From Podarcis bocagei (taxonomy: Eukaryota), in the NCBI GenBank assembly GCA_964188305.1, contig OZ076895.1: a stretch of 64,000 nucleotides of DNA, one strand, 5' to 3'. The translations under genes were made by a program, and so were the position numbers. Shown piece after piece: positions 1 through 14,000 of the stretch; the stretch's first letter is position 1, and every line of letters begins with the position of its first letter. The notes below the pieces were generated by a model. It worked only from the letters and a program-made list of their open reading frames with translations. It did no database searches and was not told where the DNA came from.

Positions 1-997
1 CCCCATCGTTTGCCCTGTGAATCACTCCACACACAACCAGATTTCCTGTTTAGAAAAGCAGATCCTCCTAGCTGGAGTGCTGCACTCATCACCTTGGCAC
101 CCTGTGTAATTTTAACCTGCTTGAGCGTAGCTGTGAAAGTTAAATAATAAAATAAATCTGCGAGCATAGCAAATCCGTTTTATAATATACTGCAAGCGGA
201 ATCATGTTTTCACTTGCAGTTCTGTCACAGGAATGTCTTCAGGGCATGGGAGTACACATGCACTAAAACAAATTATTCATATGGCTGAAGCAAGCATGCT
301 GTCCTGCATATCCCAGGAGAAGATCCAAAACACCAAATGGGCCATAGGAAAACATTTTTCTGTCCCTTTAATATGGCGTTTTCTGAGTGTGAAAGTAAAA
401 GAAAGCCAAGAGGCTTTCAAAAAGAATGTTTTAGCCCTCTAGCAAAGTGCCTGTTCTTTTACCCCTCCTTAAATTGTGTCCATTTCGGTTCTTCAGGAAG
501 GTGGGTAGAAAAACCCATAAAAGCCCAGGAGTAGAGAATCCTTCCTGAAGCCAATAATCTCGGTTAAGATGCAAGATTTTGGAGCCTTATCCATCACGGT
601 TTGAGAATGAATGTGCAGCTGCTTCGCTCTCAATTCTTGAGAGAATTCCAGGAATTTTTGGTTCTCTAATAGTTTAAACCCCTTTCAGCTGCAACCTAAC
701 ATTATTAAAATAAAACATTCCAAAATAAAAAAATGCAGCCCTCTATATCTTAAGTTCGCATCTTCCTTTTTTCTTTACTTTTCTCCGTTTTCATACGATT
801 TTATTTGCCAACTAATTTTTCCTTACTCCGTTGTTTTTTCTTCTTCTCCTAAATGTCTGTCTGCTGACCACCCTGTCCCAACATTTACCTCATCCCCTTG
901 TGGGTTTCTTTGTGAGTTTCGTTTTGCGTTTGGTGTTAATGCCCTCTGTGGCCTCCATCCTGCTTATTCTATGACCTGCATGCAACCGTCTGCCCAG

Positions 998-1081
998 CCT
1001 TATCAAGACCGTGCTCTCACCCAGCCAGCCTACCGACAGCGAGAGCAGGGCCGCTTTGCCCCCATGCCTCAGTGGAAACAG
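998..1081 (+). CDS. MICAL3: MICAL3 cassette exon, 84 nt, phase 0-0 (PYQDRALTQPAYRQREQGRFAPMPQWKQ)
   Basis: tgcccag| acceptor after a long pyrimidine-rich stretch, CAG|gtaaaa donor, open frame, length divisible by 3, TGCATG at 977-982 and 1211-1216. Confidence 0.75.
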
Positions 1082-3996
1082 GTAAAACGAAACCGAATGA
1101 ATGACTGTGATGCTCAATCCATCTAAGCTACCACCCCATTGGCTGCTGCTTTTCCATACCAAATTTCCAGGTTATTCCTATGGACTGGCACTGTTTTAAA
1201 ATGGAAAGCCTGCATGTAATTTGACAGTAGGTGTGGCTTACATTAAAGGGCTATGTTATCTTTTCACTTTCTCCCTCTTCCTGACCATTGGTGAATATTT
1301 GAGCAGTAGTTGTGCTCGCTTGTCCAGTTAGGGGCTCACTCTTGTAAATGAGCCTTAGGAAACTCAGTCTATGTTTGCTTACCTGTTAATTTGTGTAATC
1401 CAGATTTGATTTCTAGAGGGTTCAAGAGCGGGTTGGGTAAGCAGTTAATGTGTCTTGACAACATGTTCTGGTATCCATGAGGATCACTCAAAGGGGAGAT
1501 CCTAAGCATTGGAAAATAGAATGGGAGAATCAGCCCTTTGTCTGAAGTAAGAGATAAGGAAGAGAGATGTTCCTTGTTATTTATACTGTACCTTCTCTGC
1601 TTGTGATTTCTCAGTGGCTCATATTAGCAGGTTGAGGTCATTGTGTACTGATCACATTTCTTACTGTCTATGATAGAACCCTGAACTATCCATTTTCATT
1701 GAAACTGGTAAGGCTTTTGCCATTCTTGCCATGGACTTTGATCTTCATCTTCAGAGGCATTGCTTTCTTTGAAATAACTATTCCACTTGTAACAGACAAG
1801 ATATTGACAGCTGTTTTCATATTTAATTTTTAAAAGCTCTAATACTCTCCATCACTCTCAACTGAGGGATTTTATTTTACTTTTTAAATTGGAATTGAAT
1901 GGTAGTGTCAGTAAAAAAAACACCACACCAATCCAACCCAAGTTTGCCTGATTGGAATAGCTAATTTAGGAAACAGATTTTATCACCTTCTGCTCTGGCT
2001 TGTGGTTGCTATACTAGCATTATTTAAAACATATTTTGTATATAGATTCTTCGTAATGTAATGACGGCAGGGTTTTCTCATCCCATGATGCATTAGCATG
2101 AGCAAATGGAAATCATTTCAGAAAATAAATGTAGGAATATCTTGTGCGTCAAAATACGCTTTTTGTAAATACTGTTTCTATATTCAAGAGATCTGCAAAA
2201 GGGATGAGTGACAGTGATACAGCTTCTGATATTATTTCCTCCCTTCAAATGTGCTTAACACATAGGTGGAAGCGGGGGTAGAAATAAATCAAGGTCCCCA
2301 GCCTGCAACGCAGCTGATCAAGTGAATTTGACCCCAGTAAGCTCATGTTGCTGATGATTTTCTTTTCATCCATCATCTGCTATTCATCGCACTCCATTCT
2401 ATGGAGTGTCCACAAATATGCTTTTACTTTGGCTAGCCACCATTGGGCCAGAAGGCACAGGCCTCCACCCTTTTCTGGCCAAAGTTGTGCATGCCTTTTG
2501 AAGGCAATGGAGGTGAGGGCACTTCATCCAAGCCAGTTAGATACTTTTGAATGTAGCAGAAATTCAGCTCAAGCTGTCCAATAACTTGGAAACATGAGCT
2601 GGGTTCAGTACCATGAACCATGGAAATGATTTGCTGGAAAAGAGATTTTTCAAAAGGGCAGGATGACTTTCTATTTAGCATGTCATTAAAATCTAAGAAT
2701 CTGGCAACAGCCCCGTGCATGTTTAATTGGTTGTATCGAACTGAATTGTTCTTACTGCCAAGTAGGCACACCTAAGATCACAAACCTAGATCCACATAAC
2801 CCATACACATGTGACTTGCTACTTTCTGTTTGTCTAGACTGGTATTTTCCAGATTTGTCTTTTTGGCCTAAGTTCATAGCCATAGCCTAGATTCGAATTT
2901 TCATAGCTTCACTGGGATATTGTCATCCACATAAATCCCATGGTTATTGCTATCGGTTTTGATGAGAGAGTGCTGTTGGCTTTGCCAGAGATTTTAGGGT
3001 GTAGGCAAACCTGCTTTGGCTGGGCATGTTCTTGAGGCATTTCACTCTTGCCTGATATTCAAGTACAGTTAACAGAATAATTTTGGTACTTTCTGTTAAC
3101 ATTCTTCAGGCTTTTTTGAAGGCAGATAGACAGGTTTTTCCAAACTTCAGTTTAGACACTTAGATATGGTGAATCAAATCCAACAGTTCAGATGGAAAGC
3201 ACCTGTTTCTCTTGCCTAGAAGGTTCCAGCATGTCAGATGTAGCATCCTATGTTTTCTTTCTTGAGAAGACATGGCAGACCTGGTATTTAAGAATTCTAG
3301 GAGACACTTGAATGAAAACATGGCCTGGGTCGTAGGGAAAGATGTGGCCAGCAAACCCTGTTCTCTCTCGCCTGATTTTTGCACCTGATGAACTGGCCCC
3401 TCAGTTTGCTGCTGTTTATACAGGTAATCGACTTGATTCATGAGTCCTGTTTGCCCCCATTGATTTAAGAAATGCAGTCAAGTATGTACACAGCCTCTGT
3501 ACTAGTTCTTGTTGCCTAATTTTTCTTTTAGCGCTACAGAGAAAGTATACAGTACAATGAGAAGTACCTGCACAATGCAAGTCATGTGTATGTGAATTAA
3601 GGAAGGAACTCTTAAAATAATTCCTGAGCCAATGTGTTTTTTTGTTTTTACTGCTCCACCAACACTTAGGTCAACTCATCCACCTTTTTTTGCAAGAAAA
3701 TATCCATGATCATGCTACGAGTTTCTTAAGCTCTTAAAGAAATGGGATTGAATTACCTGCAGGAGTTATGTGCATGATTATAAAATATCCTTGCCTCTAA
3801 TGGTTACTCTTTGAGGATTTCTTGATTGGTCTCTTATTAAAAAGAGCTGAATCTGCTGTGCTGCTAGGGGAGGTGGAAACCCAAGTTATTACGTGTCATA
3901 GGAATAATTGTGTCTTTTTGGTAATTCCAATGAACTTCATCTCATTCTCTTAACTTCATTATTCATTTGCATACTTACATCACTTGAGAGAGGTGT

Positions 3997-3998
<2 letters not shown>

Positions 3999-4040
<42 letters not shown>
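3999..4040. repeat. (TG)n microsatellite, about 21 units
   Basis: Read directly from the sequence. Confidence 0.95.
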
Positions 4041-4045
<5 letters not shown>

Positions 4046-5833
4046 CAAAGGAAGCCTGTGAAACTGGAAAGTTGCTTGTTTGAAGTCTGGGGTCAGAGGG
4101 TGGTAAGATCAAGGAATATATCTGTCTTGGGTTCTTCTTGAAAGGATATATGGATATGCAGTAAACACACTCTTTTTGGTAATGATAACACCCAAAGATC
4201 CATTTGAGTTGAAGTGACCAGAGCCAGCCATTAAGATGGAATAGAACTATGCCAGCCAACTTGTTTATGTCAAGTGGAATCTTTCTCCATTTTATACTTA
4301 TTAATGTGAGCATCATTTACTACTGGCCTTTTCTGAACTCAGAAATGCATCCTACTTGAAGATGGAAAAGAATGTTCTAATTATAGGAAGGCCAGCAAGG
4401 GTTTCAGCCTGCTTTACGTTCGTGTGACTGCCACCTTAACAAAAAAACAACAAACATTATTCTCTTAGCTAATTTTTTTTTTTTTTTAGAAGGCTATATG
4501 AGTAGGACATGATCTGGCTAAACTTGGTGGGAGACAGTCAATGAGGTCCTGGGTTTTATTAAGGGTCCCCATTAACTTTCTCCTTTCCCCCCAATTTGAA
4601 CAGTGACGGGAAACATTCCTAATGTGCCTTATGGATGTTGACAGTTCTTGACCTGCAGGAACAAGACACAAATCTTTCCCTTTGGGCTTTAGATTGCCCA
4701 GAGTTAAAAGTGTTTAAGATTCATATTTTAAGAAGGACTTTTGGATTTGCATAGTAAAAAAAAAAATCCAAAGTGGACCAATATTTTCAAAATAAGCAAC
4801 ATTAGTGGTGGTGGTGTTTATATACTCCTTTTTGAAACAGAGCACCGCCCCCCCCCCCAGGAGGGCATTTTATGCAACAAAATACACAGTCAAGTGCAAT
4901 TTTAAAAATCACTGCACTTTGGGTTTTGGGTGGACTAGAAGGGGGTACCAACCCCCAACCCCCAGTACACATAAATATGAGCACCAGGAATGAACGAAGA
5001 TTTGCATATTTTTTGTCATGTTAACATTCAGCCTCCAGCATTTAGGGTGCAGCAAATAAAAGTTTGGTAAAAATTTCTTTATTTTATGCCCTGCACCTTT
5101 TGGTGTGTGTTACATTTGAAAGGAACAGGATATTCTGCAGCTCAACAGCAGCTGCATAAAATTGCCCTTTTTAGACATGGGCCAATTTGATGCCTTGGAG
5201 ATTCCAAAGAGAACTACTTATATTTGAATCCCTGTTACCTGAATTTCATTTATATATCCCTCATGTCACCGGTTGGTTGAGCCATTCAGATAAATGAGGC
5301 ATCATATAATGGCCAGCTATGCTTGTAGTGACACGGGGACTTCAAATGACATTGTCTACCTCATGAGGAAATGCAGCTCACTTGCATTGATGCGCAACAA
5401 CGCTGGTTACTACTTGTCAACCGAGAAAGAGAAGCAAGATCAACATCCTCCGCACGATGCATTTCTGAGGCCTTGCCCACATACAGACACAGTAGTGGTG
5501 GTCAAATTATCCCTGGACACCTTTAGATAGGCAACCATATGGTTGAATGAAAAATTCCCTGCTCTTAAGCCAGCTTTCTGTTAGGCAAAGGCTGTGCTAC
5601 TTGGTAGTACTTAGTTTTTGTGTGTGCTGAGGGACCATTCAGAGCCCTTCCACTCCCGGGTAACCTGAACAGGTGTAATCCAGAAAGAATTTTAATATTT
5701 CATCCGCTGTTTGGGGAAACTTTAGTCTGTGGCCTTGCCACAACTAATAACCATCATCATTGACCATGTTTCTTCTTGTTCTATTATTATTATTACTATT
5801 ATTCTTTTTTTTCTCCCCTGTTTGTAAACAAAG

Positions 5834-5932
5834 ATGAGGAAAAAGGAGCGTTCTCGGACCTGCCCCAAAAAAGTGATCATGCTCTCTTCTTCCTCCATTT
5901 GCACTTCCTCTCCATCGTACCCCAGTCAGCAG
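5834..5932 (+). CDS. MICAL3: MICAL3 cassette exon, 99 nt, phase 0-0 (MRKKERSRTCPKKVIMLSSSSICTSSPSYPSQQ)
   Basis: Polypyrimidine tract then aacaaag| acceptor, CAG|gtgatt donor, open frame; resembles the CPKKVI linker segment I recall from long vertebrate isoforms; TGCATG at 5945-5950. Confidence 0.72.
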
Positions 5933-8550
5933 GTGATTTCATTCTGCATGCTCTGTCCTCCTTTCCCTCTCTTCCTGCTTCCACAAGTAGGCCACGTACC
6001 CCTTCTGTTTTGAGTTTTCTCCTAAAACTGAATAGTGTCAGCAGACCTCTTGATCTTCCCTTCCCCAAAACCAGTAACACAAGCAAACCCAGAATTCCTT
6101 TTATCATTGTTTGATTTAAGGTAATGTACACATATAACTTCTTACATTCTGTTGTTACGGTTACATTGTGTAGTAGGTTGGTGTACCAAACAAAAACCTG
6201 AGATCTTAGTAAAGGTTGCTGTTGATAGTGCCCAGTTGTTATATTGGGTGCTGTAAGAGGAGTGACACACTGGTTTCTGGATCTAAAATGAGCAGTCTAG
6301 GTGGCCTTCAGCTTGGTTTTGCATTGTAATGAGTAGAGAAGCATAATGTAATGCCTCTGTAGGCTTCCCATTCATTGCTGAGATTACAGGCGCATCCTTT
6401 ATCCATCTGTTTGTTTATTTGAAGTACTTGCATGCTACCTTTCAGAGAAAAGCTACTCACTCCCAAGGCGGCTTACAAAAGATATTTCAGGACAATTTAG
6501 CGGTTTAGGATATTTTCTATCCCCTGCCCCCATTAAATACCACTGAAAGGGATGTCCTATCTCAGGATCAGAGGTTATCCTGGACCTTACTTTCTCTCTA
6601 ATGAAAATAAGTTAGATAATGTGCCTAAACCTGCCTTCTCTGGCCTGGTCTAGTACAACTCTCATTACCCCAGACCATTCGCCATGTTGGGTAGGGTTGA
6701 TGGAAGTTGGGGGTCCAACAACATCCTCAGGGCACCAGATTGGGGAATGTTAGCCTTGAAGCAGATTCTTACATTTGGCCTGTGATGTGGGAACTGCTAC
6801 AATGCTTCTCCCATAGCACCAGGATGACTTTGTTTAATGAAGGGGTCGTGCAGACATCCTACGATTTGCTAGAATGTAAACCCATTGTTGTTGCTACATT
6901 ACTTAGAAGTTGGGGAGGCCAGGATGCTCCCCACTTCATGAGAATGACAAGGAATTCCAAAACATAGCCCCCAAAAGTCCTCCAGGTTTTACCAATTCTA
7001 GCCTGCTGCGGTTTCCCTTACTTTCCTAGTGTGTTGTGCTGCTCTTACTTACCTCCACCAACTGACCATAGTACCACTAATCAGCATGGCAGTCGTCTAG
7101 AATGCCTGGGCCCAGCTGTTTTACCTGGCTTTGGGACCTTGGGAAGCCTCCCCCATTTCCTGGTCACCCTCCCTCACTGACGTTGTTAAAACATTCCTCC
7201 AAAGTAGTTTATTGTTGAATACTTTGTTCAAATCAGGCACCCCAGTTACATGATTGTGTCAAAAATGTGTGGGCCTTGATTCAATTTATAATAAATGGTT
7301 TTATTTGAGTTTTTATAATAAAATTAGATAACAGTGCAAAATACACTGATACAATACAGGGCAGTCATACAATTCATCTCAACATCAATTACATATTTTA
7401 TTGGTATCGCGCCATGTTGAACGTTCCATTTGTGCAAGCATTGCAACTCGCTGAAAAGAATAATTCCTTCTCTCTTCTCCTCCCCAGCGTGCTACTGTTG
7501 GGGTTCTCCTGACCCCCACTCCCCAGCCAATTTCAGGGGGAGCAGGGGGTGGAGAGGAGGGGAAACCCGTTGCACAAGGGGGAAGTCCTTGTGCAGGACA
7601 TTCACTAACTGGGTTTGTTTTGTTAGGTACACAGTTTACCCCAGGAGTTCCCTCCACAATGTCAGGGCCAAAATAGTATTATTCACAAAGGCACACTTAT
7701 TCTGATGTCCGCAACGTAGAACATGGTTTACTTACAGTTGGAAAAACTGGGTCAGCTTCTCTTGCTTGATCTGCAAGAAGAGTTAGCTTCTAAATGGGAA
7801 ACTTACCACTCAGTCTTGTAAACTATTTGTTTTTAAGGTGTTTTATATTTCATATATAGTTGCATTGACTCACAAAACTGGAAAGTTGCAGGACACACAC
7901 ACACACACACCTATTTTGTCTTATGAAGTATGAGCAGGTTTGTGAGTTTCTGGGAGCTACATTTTTATAAAACTATACCTGTGTGTATAGAGGATAATCA
8001 GAGCTGCCTCCAGGTGTCTGCATTCTTGGGGCAGGGAAGATTACGGTCTGTCTTATCGTAGGATACCACTGTGGATTTCGCAGGCCAGGGAGCCTTGTTT
8101 CTTGTGCACGTTGACGGGAGCCCAAACTCTTCAAAATAACCTTTGAATTAAAAACAGACTTGATTACTTAAGCTCAATGGACATATCTCACTTTGCCTCT
8201 AAAGTTCTCTAAAGTTTATTCCTCATATTACTTTTAAAACTAGGATTTTCCAAGGAACAATTTACGGTTTCTTGGGAGCGGTTCCTTCTTCTGCCACCAC
8301 GTGTATCACTGTGTGGATATTTATTGCTGTTGTCACCATTTACTAACACAGTTTGTATAAAGTTTTGTTTTTAACAGCTCGGCACAAAACCTCTTTCTTC
8401 ACAGCAGCCACATGATCTTTGCAAACCTCCTATGGCTTTTCCAGGACTGTGGTTTTAATGTTTCTCTTGTAGGGTGACTCCTAACTGAACGATGCTATCT
8501 TTCTGTGAGTGTGTGTGTGGGATTTGTCAAGGTCATTATTTTGCCTGCAG

Positions 8551-8607
8551 GCAAACAGGGAACCTCATGGAGAACCAGCTGGAGAGCAGAGTCCCAGACA
8601 GCAGCGG
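8551..8607 (+). CDS. MICAL3: MICAL3 cassette exon, 57 nt, phase 0-0 (ANREPHGEPAGEQSPRQQR)
   Basis: ttttgcctgcag| acceptor, CGG|gtaaaa donor, branch-like ctaac at 8481-8485, open frame. Confidence 0.65.
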
Positions 8608-9178
8608 GTAAAATAGCATGAGCAAAAGCAGCATGAAGAGGGTGTGTGCACTCTTGGGAGAACGTTGTGCAAGCTGGGGGTGGGTAAGAGAAGGCTGGAG
8701 AGCTATTCATATGCCAGCATAATACTAATAGCCAAGCTCTACTGAAAATGCTTCGTAAAAATAGTGGTTTTGTGTCTGTGTGGCCTTTGCAGAATTACTT
8801 GCTTGACAGGCTTGTGATCACTTTGAGCATCATGCTGTATGTTTTTTTTCTGTCGGGCACATATTAGCGCATTGAATTTGGCATTCCCCATTTTTCTGTT
8901 TAATAGAAGATACTATAGTGGAGTAGAAAGGGCCTGCTGATGTGTCGGAAAATATCTATCCATCTATCTGAATCATTATTACCTCATTCTTCAGCCAAAA
9001 AAACTCCCAGAGCAGCTTACAGATCAATAAAAAGCTAGACAAGTCCTAGCCCTCAGGCTCACACTTTAAAAGAAATGATACAAAATGAAAAAGGGATGGG
9101 GCAGAAAGAGGAAAACAAGACATGCAGGAACCAGTTCTTTGTAAGTTCTTTTTGTAAATAATAAAACTATTGTTACTC

Positions 9179-9333
9179 CCTGTGGAACACCCTCCCATCA
9201 GATGTCAAGGAGATAAAAGAACTACACAACTTTTAGAAGACATCTGAAGGCAGCCCTGTATTGGGAAGTTGTTGTTGTTTGGCGTTTTGTCATGGTTTTT
9301 TGTGGACTGGAAACTGTCCAGCCCGATGGGTAG

Positions 9334-9335
<2 letters not shown>
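9179..9335 (+). mobile_element. L2-type LINE 3' terminal fragment
   Basis: tgtggaacaccctcccatcagatgtcaaggag..ttttagaagacatctgaaggcagccctg closely matches the 3' part of the element at 34610-35065; ends in an (ATT)n tail. Confidence 0.75.
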
Positions 9336-9390
<55 letters not shown>

Positions 9391-9396
9391 GTTATT
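9336..9396. repeat. (ATT)n microsatellite, expanded tail of the L2 fragment
   Basis: About 18 perfect TAT units directly after the element end. Confidence 0.95.
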
Positions 9397-10411
9397 AATA
9401 AAAAGCTGGGATAGAAACAGTTCACATAGTCTGATGGAATGCACAAATAAATCTTCATGACAGTAGGGAGAAAGGGACATTTTTAAGCGTCCCGCCCACA
9501 AAAGCATGTAAAACTAAATTAACTGGAATAAGCTTGGACCAAAGTAGAACATGCAAGGAAAGAGAATGAATTGACATAATAAAGGCATGGATCGATGCTG
9601 CAGTCTGCCTGCTCAATATATTTCTAAAAGCTGCTCATCACAGTAAATAATTTTGAAAAGGAACCCTACACAATACAGTTTTGAGGATACTGAGAATTTT
9701 GTGTTAAACATCACTAGCCCCTCACAGAGAACTACGGCTTTGCCATTGTTTCCCTTCCATGACCCTTCTCTTCACCACTAGCTTGGTATTGCATCCAGTC
9801 TCCAAAACAACCAGGTTAAAAAGTTGGAGCGAGGGAAGTGAGGAAGGAAAACCCAAAGTTTTGGTCCCTGTGTCGATATTGCACCTGCCTGGCTTCCCTG
9901 CCTCTATTCAGTCCCTACCTCTCAGTAATGTGCGTCACTACAGACAGCAAGTGCCCTTCTCCAGATCCCTGTGACACACCTGTATTTCACAGCAGCTAAA
10001 CTATGACGCTGCTTTGGCGGCACAATCTTGGCTCCTTTTCCTGCTGCTGTAGGATTCATAAACCACAGCTTCCAAAGGTCACAGCCCTCTGCATGCTTCC
10101 TGAGCGGTAAACCTATTTAAATCAGTGACTTCCAGAGTAGACCTAATTTGGATTTGGCTACCGTAAATGGTTTGTGTTATATGTATGTCACATCTGTGGT
10201 GTGTATGTGTGCAACCTTCATCCAGAGGATTTTGAGCTTTTGTTCCCCTCCTTGCCCCTGCGTCCCACTTTGTCTTTTAATGCACAAGCATTTAATTAAC
10301 TGCCTCTGACCTTATTTTCAGCTTTGTTTCTTTTCCTACTGTCATGCTTTTTCCATGAAAATTTCCCCCCTGTGCTCTCTTGTTCATTTTCCCTCACTCA
10401 TTATTCTGCAG

Positions 10412-10525
10412 AGACCTCACCAGTTCTTTTCAGATGACCGTGTGCCAGAGCGCACGCTTACCATTGAGCAGAGGGCAAGCCAGCTGGCTGCCCTCCTGGA
10501 GCAAAGGCCAGCAACCAGGCATCAG
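10412..10525 (+). CDS. MICAL3: MICAL3 cassette exon, 114 nt, phase 0-0 (RPHQFFSDDRVPERTLTIEQRASQLAALLEQRPATRHQ)
   Basis: Long pyrimidine tract, ttctgcag| acceptor, CAG|gtgact donor, open frame (inside ORF 10355..10666). Confidence 0.72.
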
Positions 10526-11786
10526 GTGACTGCCTTCCTCTCTGTCTGGCGCTTTGTGTCTGCTTGCCGTTCCGTAGAATGGGAAATGAAAGGTTGCTTG
10601 GGCTGTAACATGGCTGGCATCAGATGTCCTGTTTTAATGGCTGATGAGTACACTATCACATTGTAGCAGAACACTTTCAATCACTCTGGGTAAAACAACA
10701 ACATCCAAACTCATTATTCCGTCTTTCCTGTTAACTTACTGTTCCTGCTTGCTGAATCAACACTTAATCTTGCATAGATTCGTCTAGCACTAATAAAAGA
10801 TGTGTGGCATATGCAGGGAAGAAGCTCCTAACTTAAAGGGGCTTTTGAGAGTTTGCACTTCTATAGAGTAGGGTAGAATCTGTATTGAAAGACTCAGCTA
10901 GATTCAAGAAGTGTTGGTGGAGCGTTACTTAGCCAGTCTGGAGATGAAAAGCGTCTGCGGTACGTAACTAGGTTTCAGAAGCAAGGTTCTATAAAATTAG
11001 CATGCTAAAGAGTAACCCAAAACAAATGAAACCAGGAAGTTAACTAACCCCAGAACAGCCTTTATATATAAACCAAATGGGCTTTGAAAACTTGTTTATT
11101 TCTTTAAGCAATATATACATTCTTTCTATACGTCCTCTAATTTTTAAACATGTATGTCAGTGCCAATATTCAATCATATATCATTAGTTGCTGATCAGAA
11201 TTTATTTTCTGACCCTGCGTGGGCTGTTATAATGTATTTCATCTTGTTAAACTCTGGAAGGTCTAATATCAATTGCCTTTAGTCATTTTGCCAAACAAAA
11301 TAATGATGGGGTAAAAAGAGACTATTAAATGCAAGCACATGCATTTTGACATGTGTCTTGCTTAACAGTCTTGCAGTCTCTTCTACCATGCAGAAATTTT
11401 AGAAAGTTGTTTCTTTTCAACCTTCTTATTAGGAATTTTTGGTATTGCTTCATGATTGGAATAGAATTCCTCGTATTTTATTCAGGATACATCCAGCCCA
11501 CAGTTCTTTATAAATCCATTCATTTCTAAAACTTGAAAGACAAGCATCAGGAAGGTCATTCACAGCTGAAATTAGTACATGGATTTGGTATTCCACCAAT
11601 CCCCCCACCCCCCAAATATCAATGTTCTGAACTTTGGCTGGAGAGTATAAAAGTTGTAGAGCATGCCGACAATTTTCCTACGTCACTTGCAAGCTGCAAG
11701 ATATCTGCTGCCTGTCTCACCCGCCCTTTCCCAAAAGCTCCTATTTTGAAATGCCGTCTTCTGACTTTCTCATCTTTATTTTGTAG

Positions 11787-11894
11787 CCAGAGATTGAGCG
11801 ATCTCGTCGATCTGTTGTTGAGCAGTGGGAGCTCTCCCGCAACCTCCGCTCTTCCAGTCGCCCTTCTTCTCCCTCCTCTGACTCCCTCAGACAG
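11787..11894 (+). CDS. MICAL3: MICAL3 cassette exon, 108 nt, phase 0-0 (PEIERSRRSVVEQWELSRNLRSSSRPSSPSSDSLRQ)
   Basis: ctttattttgtag| acceptor, CAG|gtagca donor; resembles the recalled mammalian isoform segment QWELS..LRSS.RP.SPSSDSLRQ. Confidence 0.82.
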
Positions 11895-13574
11895 GTAGCA
11901 TGGTGTGGGGCTTGAGGCTGCACCCGGTTGCACATCTTTGGCCTATTCCATCTCCTGCCACTTGAGAATGCCGCACTGGATAAAGCTAGGCTAATAAGTT
12001 CTTTTTGCCTTGGGTGTGGCTGCGCTTAGCCTGTGTGCCTGCAGAAAGGCTTGGGATTCCTCTGTACCCTGGCTATTCCAAGGCTTGTGAATTTGGAAAT
12101 GCTGCATATCCTTTACACCTCGGAGTTACTGATTGTCTGGTAGGAGAGAGAGCAATGGCTAGCAAACGTTTCACAAAGAATATTGTATGTCTCATCCAGA
12201 ACTGGCTTGTTCTGCCTCCAGATAAGTAAAGGCATACCCTGGAATGCACTCACCCAGTTGGGAGATGTGTTGGGTCCGAATCACCAAGCCATAGTTTGAT
12301 CATCGGAAGTCCTTTGTGGGCTGAAATGCTTCTTCCTCTGCTTTCTCCTGCATCTTCCTTGGGCTTCTTCACTTCACTTTCATTTCCTCCGTAGCTATGT
12401 CTTGGTTTTATTATAATGTTTTGAGCAGGCGCTGCCATAATCACTTCTCACTATAATTCGTTCTCAAGTTGGCAGTTAAAGCCAAGTTCAAATTGTGGTT
12501 GGAGTCACTCAAATGAAAACAAAATTAGGCTAGCAGTAATTATGACCTGCTAGTTTAACCATGGCTTCCCAGTATATCTTTTGCTATGCGGGAAAGGGAA
12601 ATGGAATAATACAGACTGCTACTGACCACCAAACCATGGTGATGTTGGAACTGGACCATTATGTAGCCATTTCTGACTACTAAGGATCCCCAAATAAGGC
12701 TTCATTGTTGCCAAGAGTGGGATTCACTGTGTTGTCTGTCTCTTAACAGCTGTTTCTAGCACTGGATTTTCTATGACCATTGAACATCTACATGATGAAT
12801 AACTGCTTGTTTGCTGCTTCACTTTGAGGATGTGATTCAAACCACTATATTGCTTTGTGTGTCTTATAATATAACAGATTAGTTGTGGTTTGATTTTTGA
12901 ACAGCGTAGTGAATACGGAAATGCTTGCTGCTTGCCTCATCTAGATTAAGGTTTAAGGGATTTCTGATTGTTCTGTAGGAAGAGCTATACTGTATTTGTC
13001 ATTGTGTCACTAAATGTTGTCTAATTCTTCAAGATGGGCATGGGGAATGTGGACACCTGTCTGTTGTAGAACTAATATTTCATTTTAAACAACGTAGTCT
13101 TGCTCTGAGAATTCTGTAGAGTTTTTATGGGAGAGGTGGATTAGATTCAAATCGATGTTAGGCAAATGTAATAATCTTTAGCATGGGCAAGAAGCACAAT
13201 CTTTTAGAGCAGATAGTCCCCTCTGTCTGCTTGTAGAGTAGGGAAGAGAAGGACTCGCCAACCAAGACCTTCCCTTCAAAAGAAAACTTGTGGACGACAA
13301 TAGACCTGTTTCTGACAAAGCAACCACATTGCCTCTCATTTGGTTTCCCATGTTGTCCCCTCTTCTCATACATAAACAAGACCTAGGGTAGAAATAGGCT
13401 GAAAATTCTCACAATTGTTGGAAATAGGTCATGGAATCCCCCAAAGATCTGTATTGGGACAGTCTATGAGGAAGTCTGTAGCTGAAGAGATTTGTTTGGC
13501 ACACAGTCCACACACAAAAGAAAAAAATAGAAGAGGCTGTCTTAGAGACAATAAGACTGTGTAACTTGCCCACA

Positions 13575-14000
13575 AATGATCTGGAAGTGATCAGTGAAAG
13601 CCAACTTTGCAGATGGCACCAATTTATAGAGCATGATGAAAACCTGAGCAGACGGTGAAGAGTTCCAAAAGTACATCTCCAAATGAGGTGAAGGGGCAAA
13701 AAAATGTGCTAATAAGTGTAAAGTGATACATATTGGAACAAAACATTCCAATGCTGATTGAGTCTAAACTGGCTGAGACTGTCCAAGAATGACAATTTGG
13801 AGCTGCGGTGGAGAGCTCAATCAAAACTTGGTGCAGCAGCTGTGGAAAGACAAATTCCAGTATTGTAGAGATGGATAAGTGGTGCAGAAGAGGCACCAAA
13901 ATAACAGTCAAGAAGTTGGGAGGGCATTCCAGGCAAGGCTTGTATGTTTGGGGCCTTTTAATTTAGAAAAAAAATACTAAAGGAGACACAATATAGGGTT
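13575..14000 (+). mobile_element. Old, degenerate CR1 LINE ORF2 fragment
   Basis: Recognisable CR1 RT remnants: tttgcagatggcacc (FADDT-like), aagtgtaaagtgatacatattgga (KCKVIHIG), tttaatttagaaaaaa (FSLEK-like); boundaries approximate. Confidence 0.6.

Noticed and set aside
9205-9507. Poly-Asn, poly-Ile and poly-Leu ORFs
   Set aside because: Translations of the (ATT)n microsatellite.
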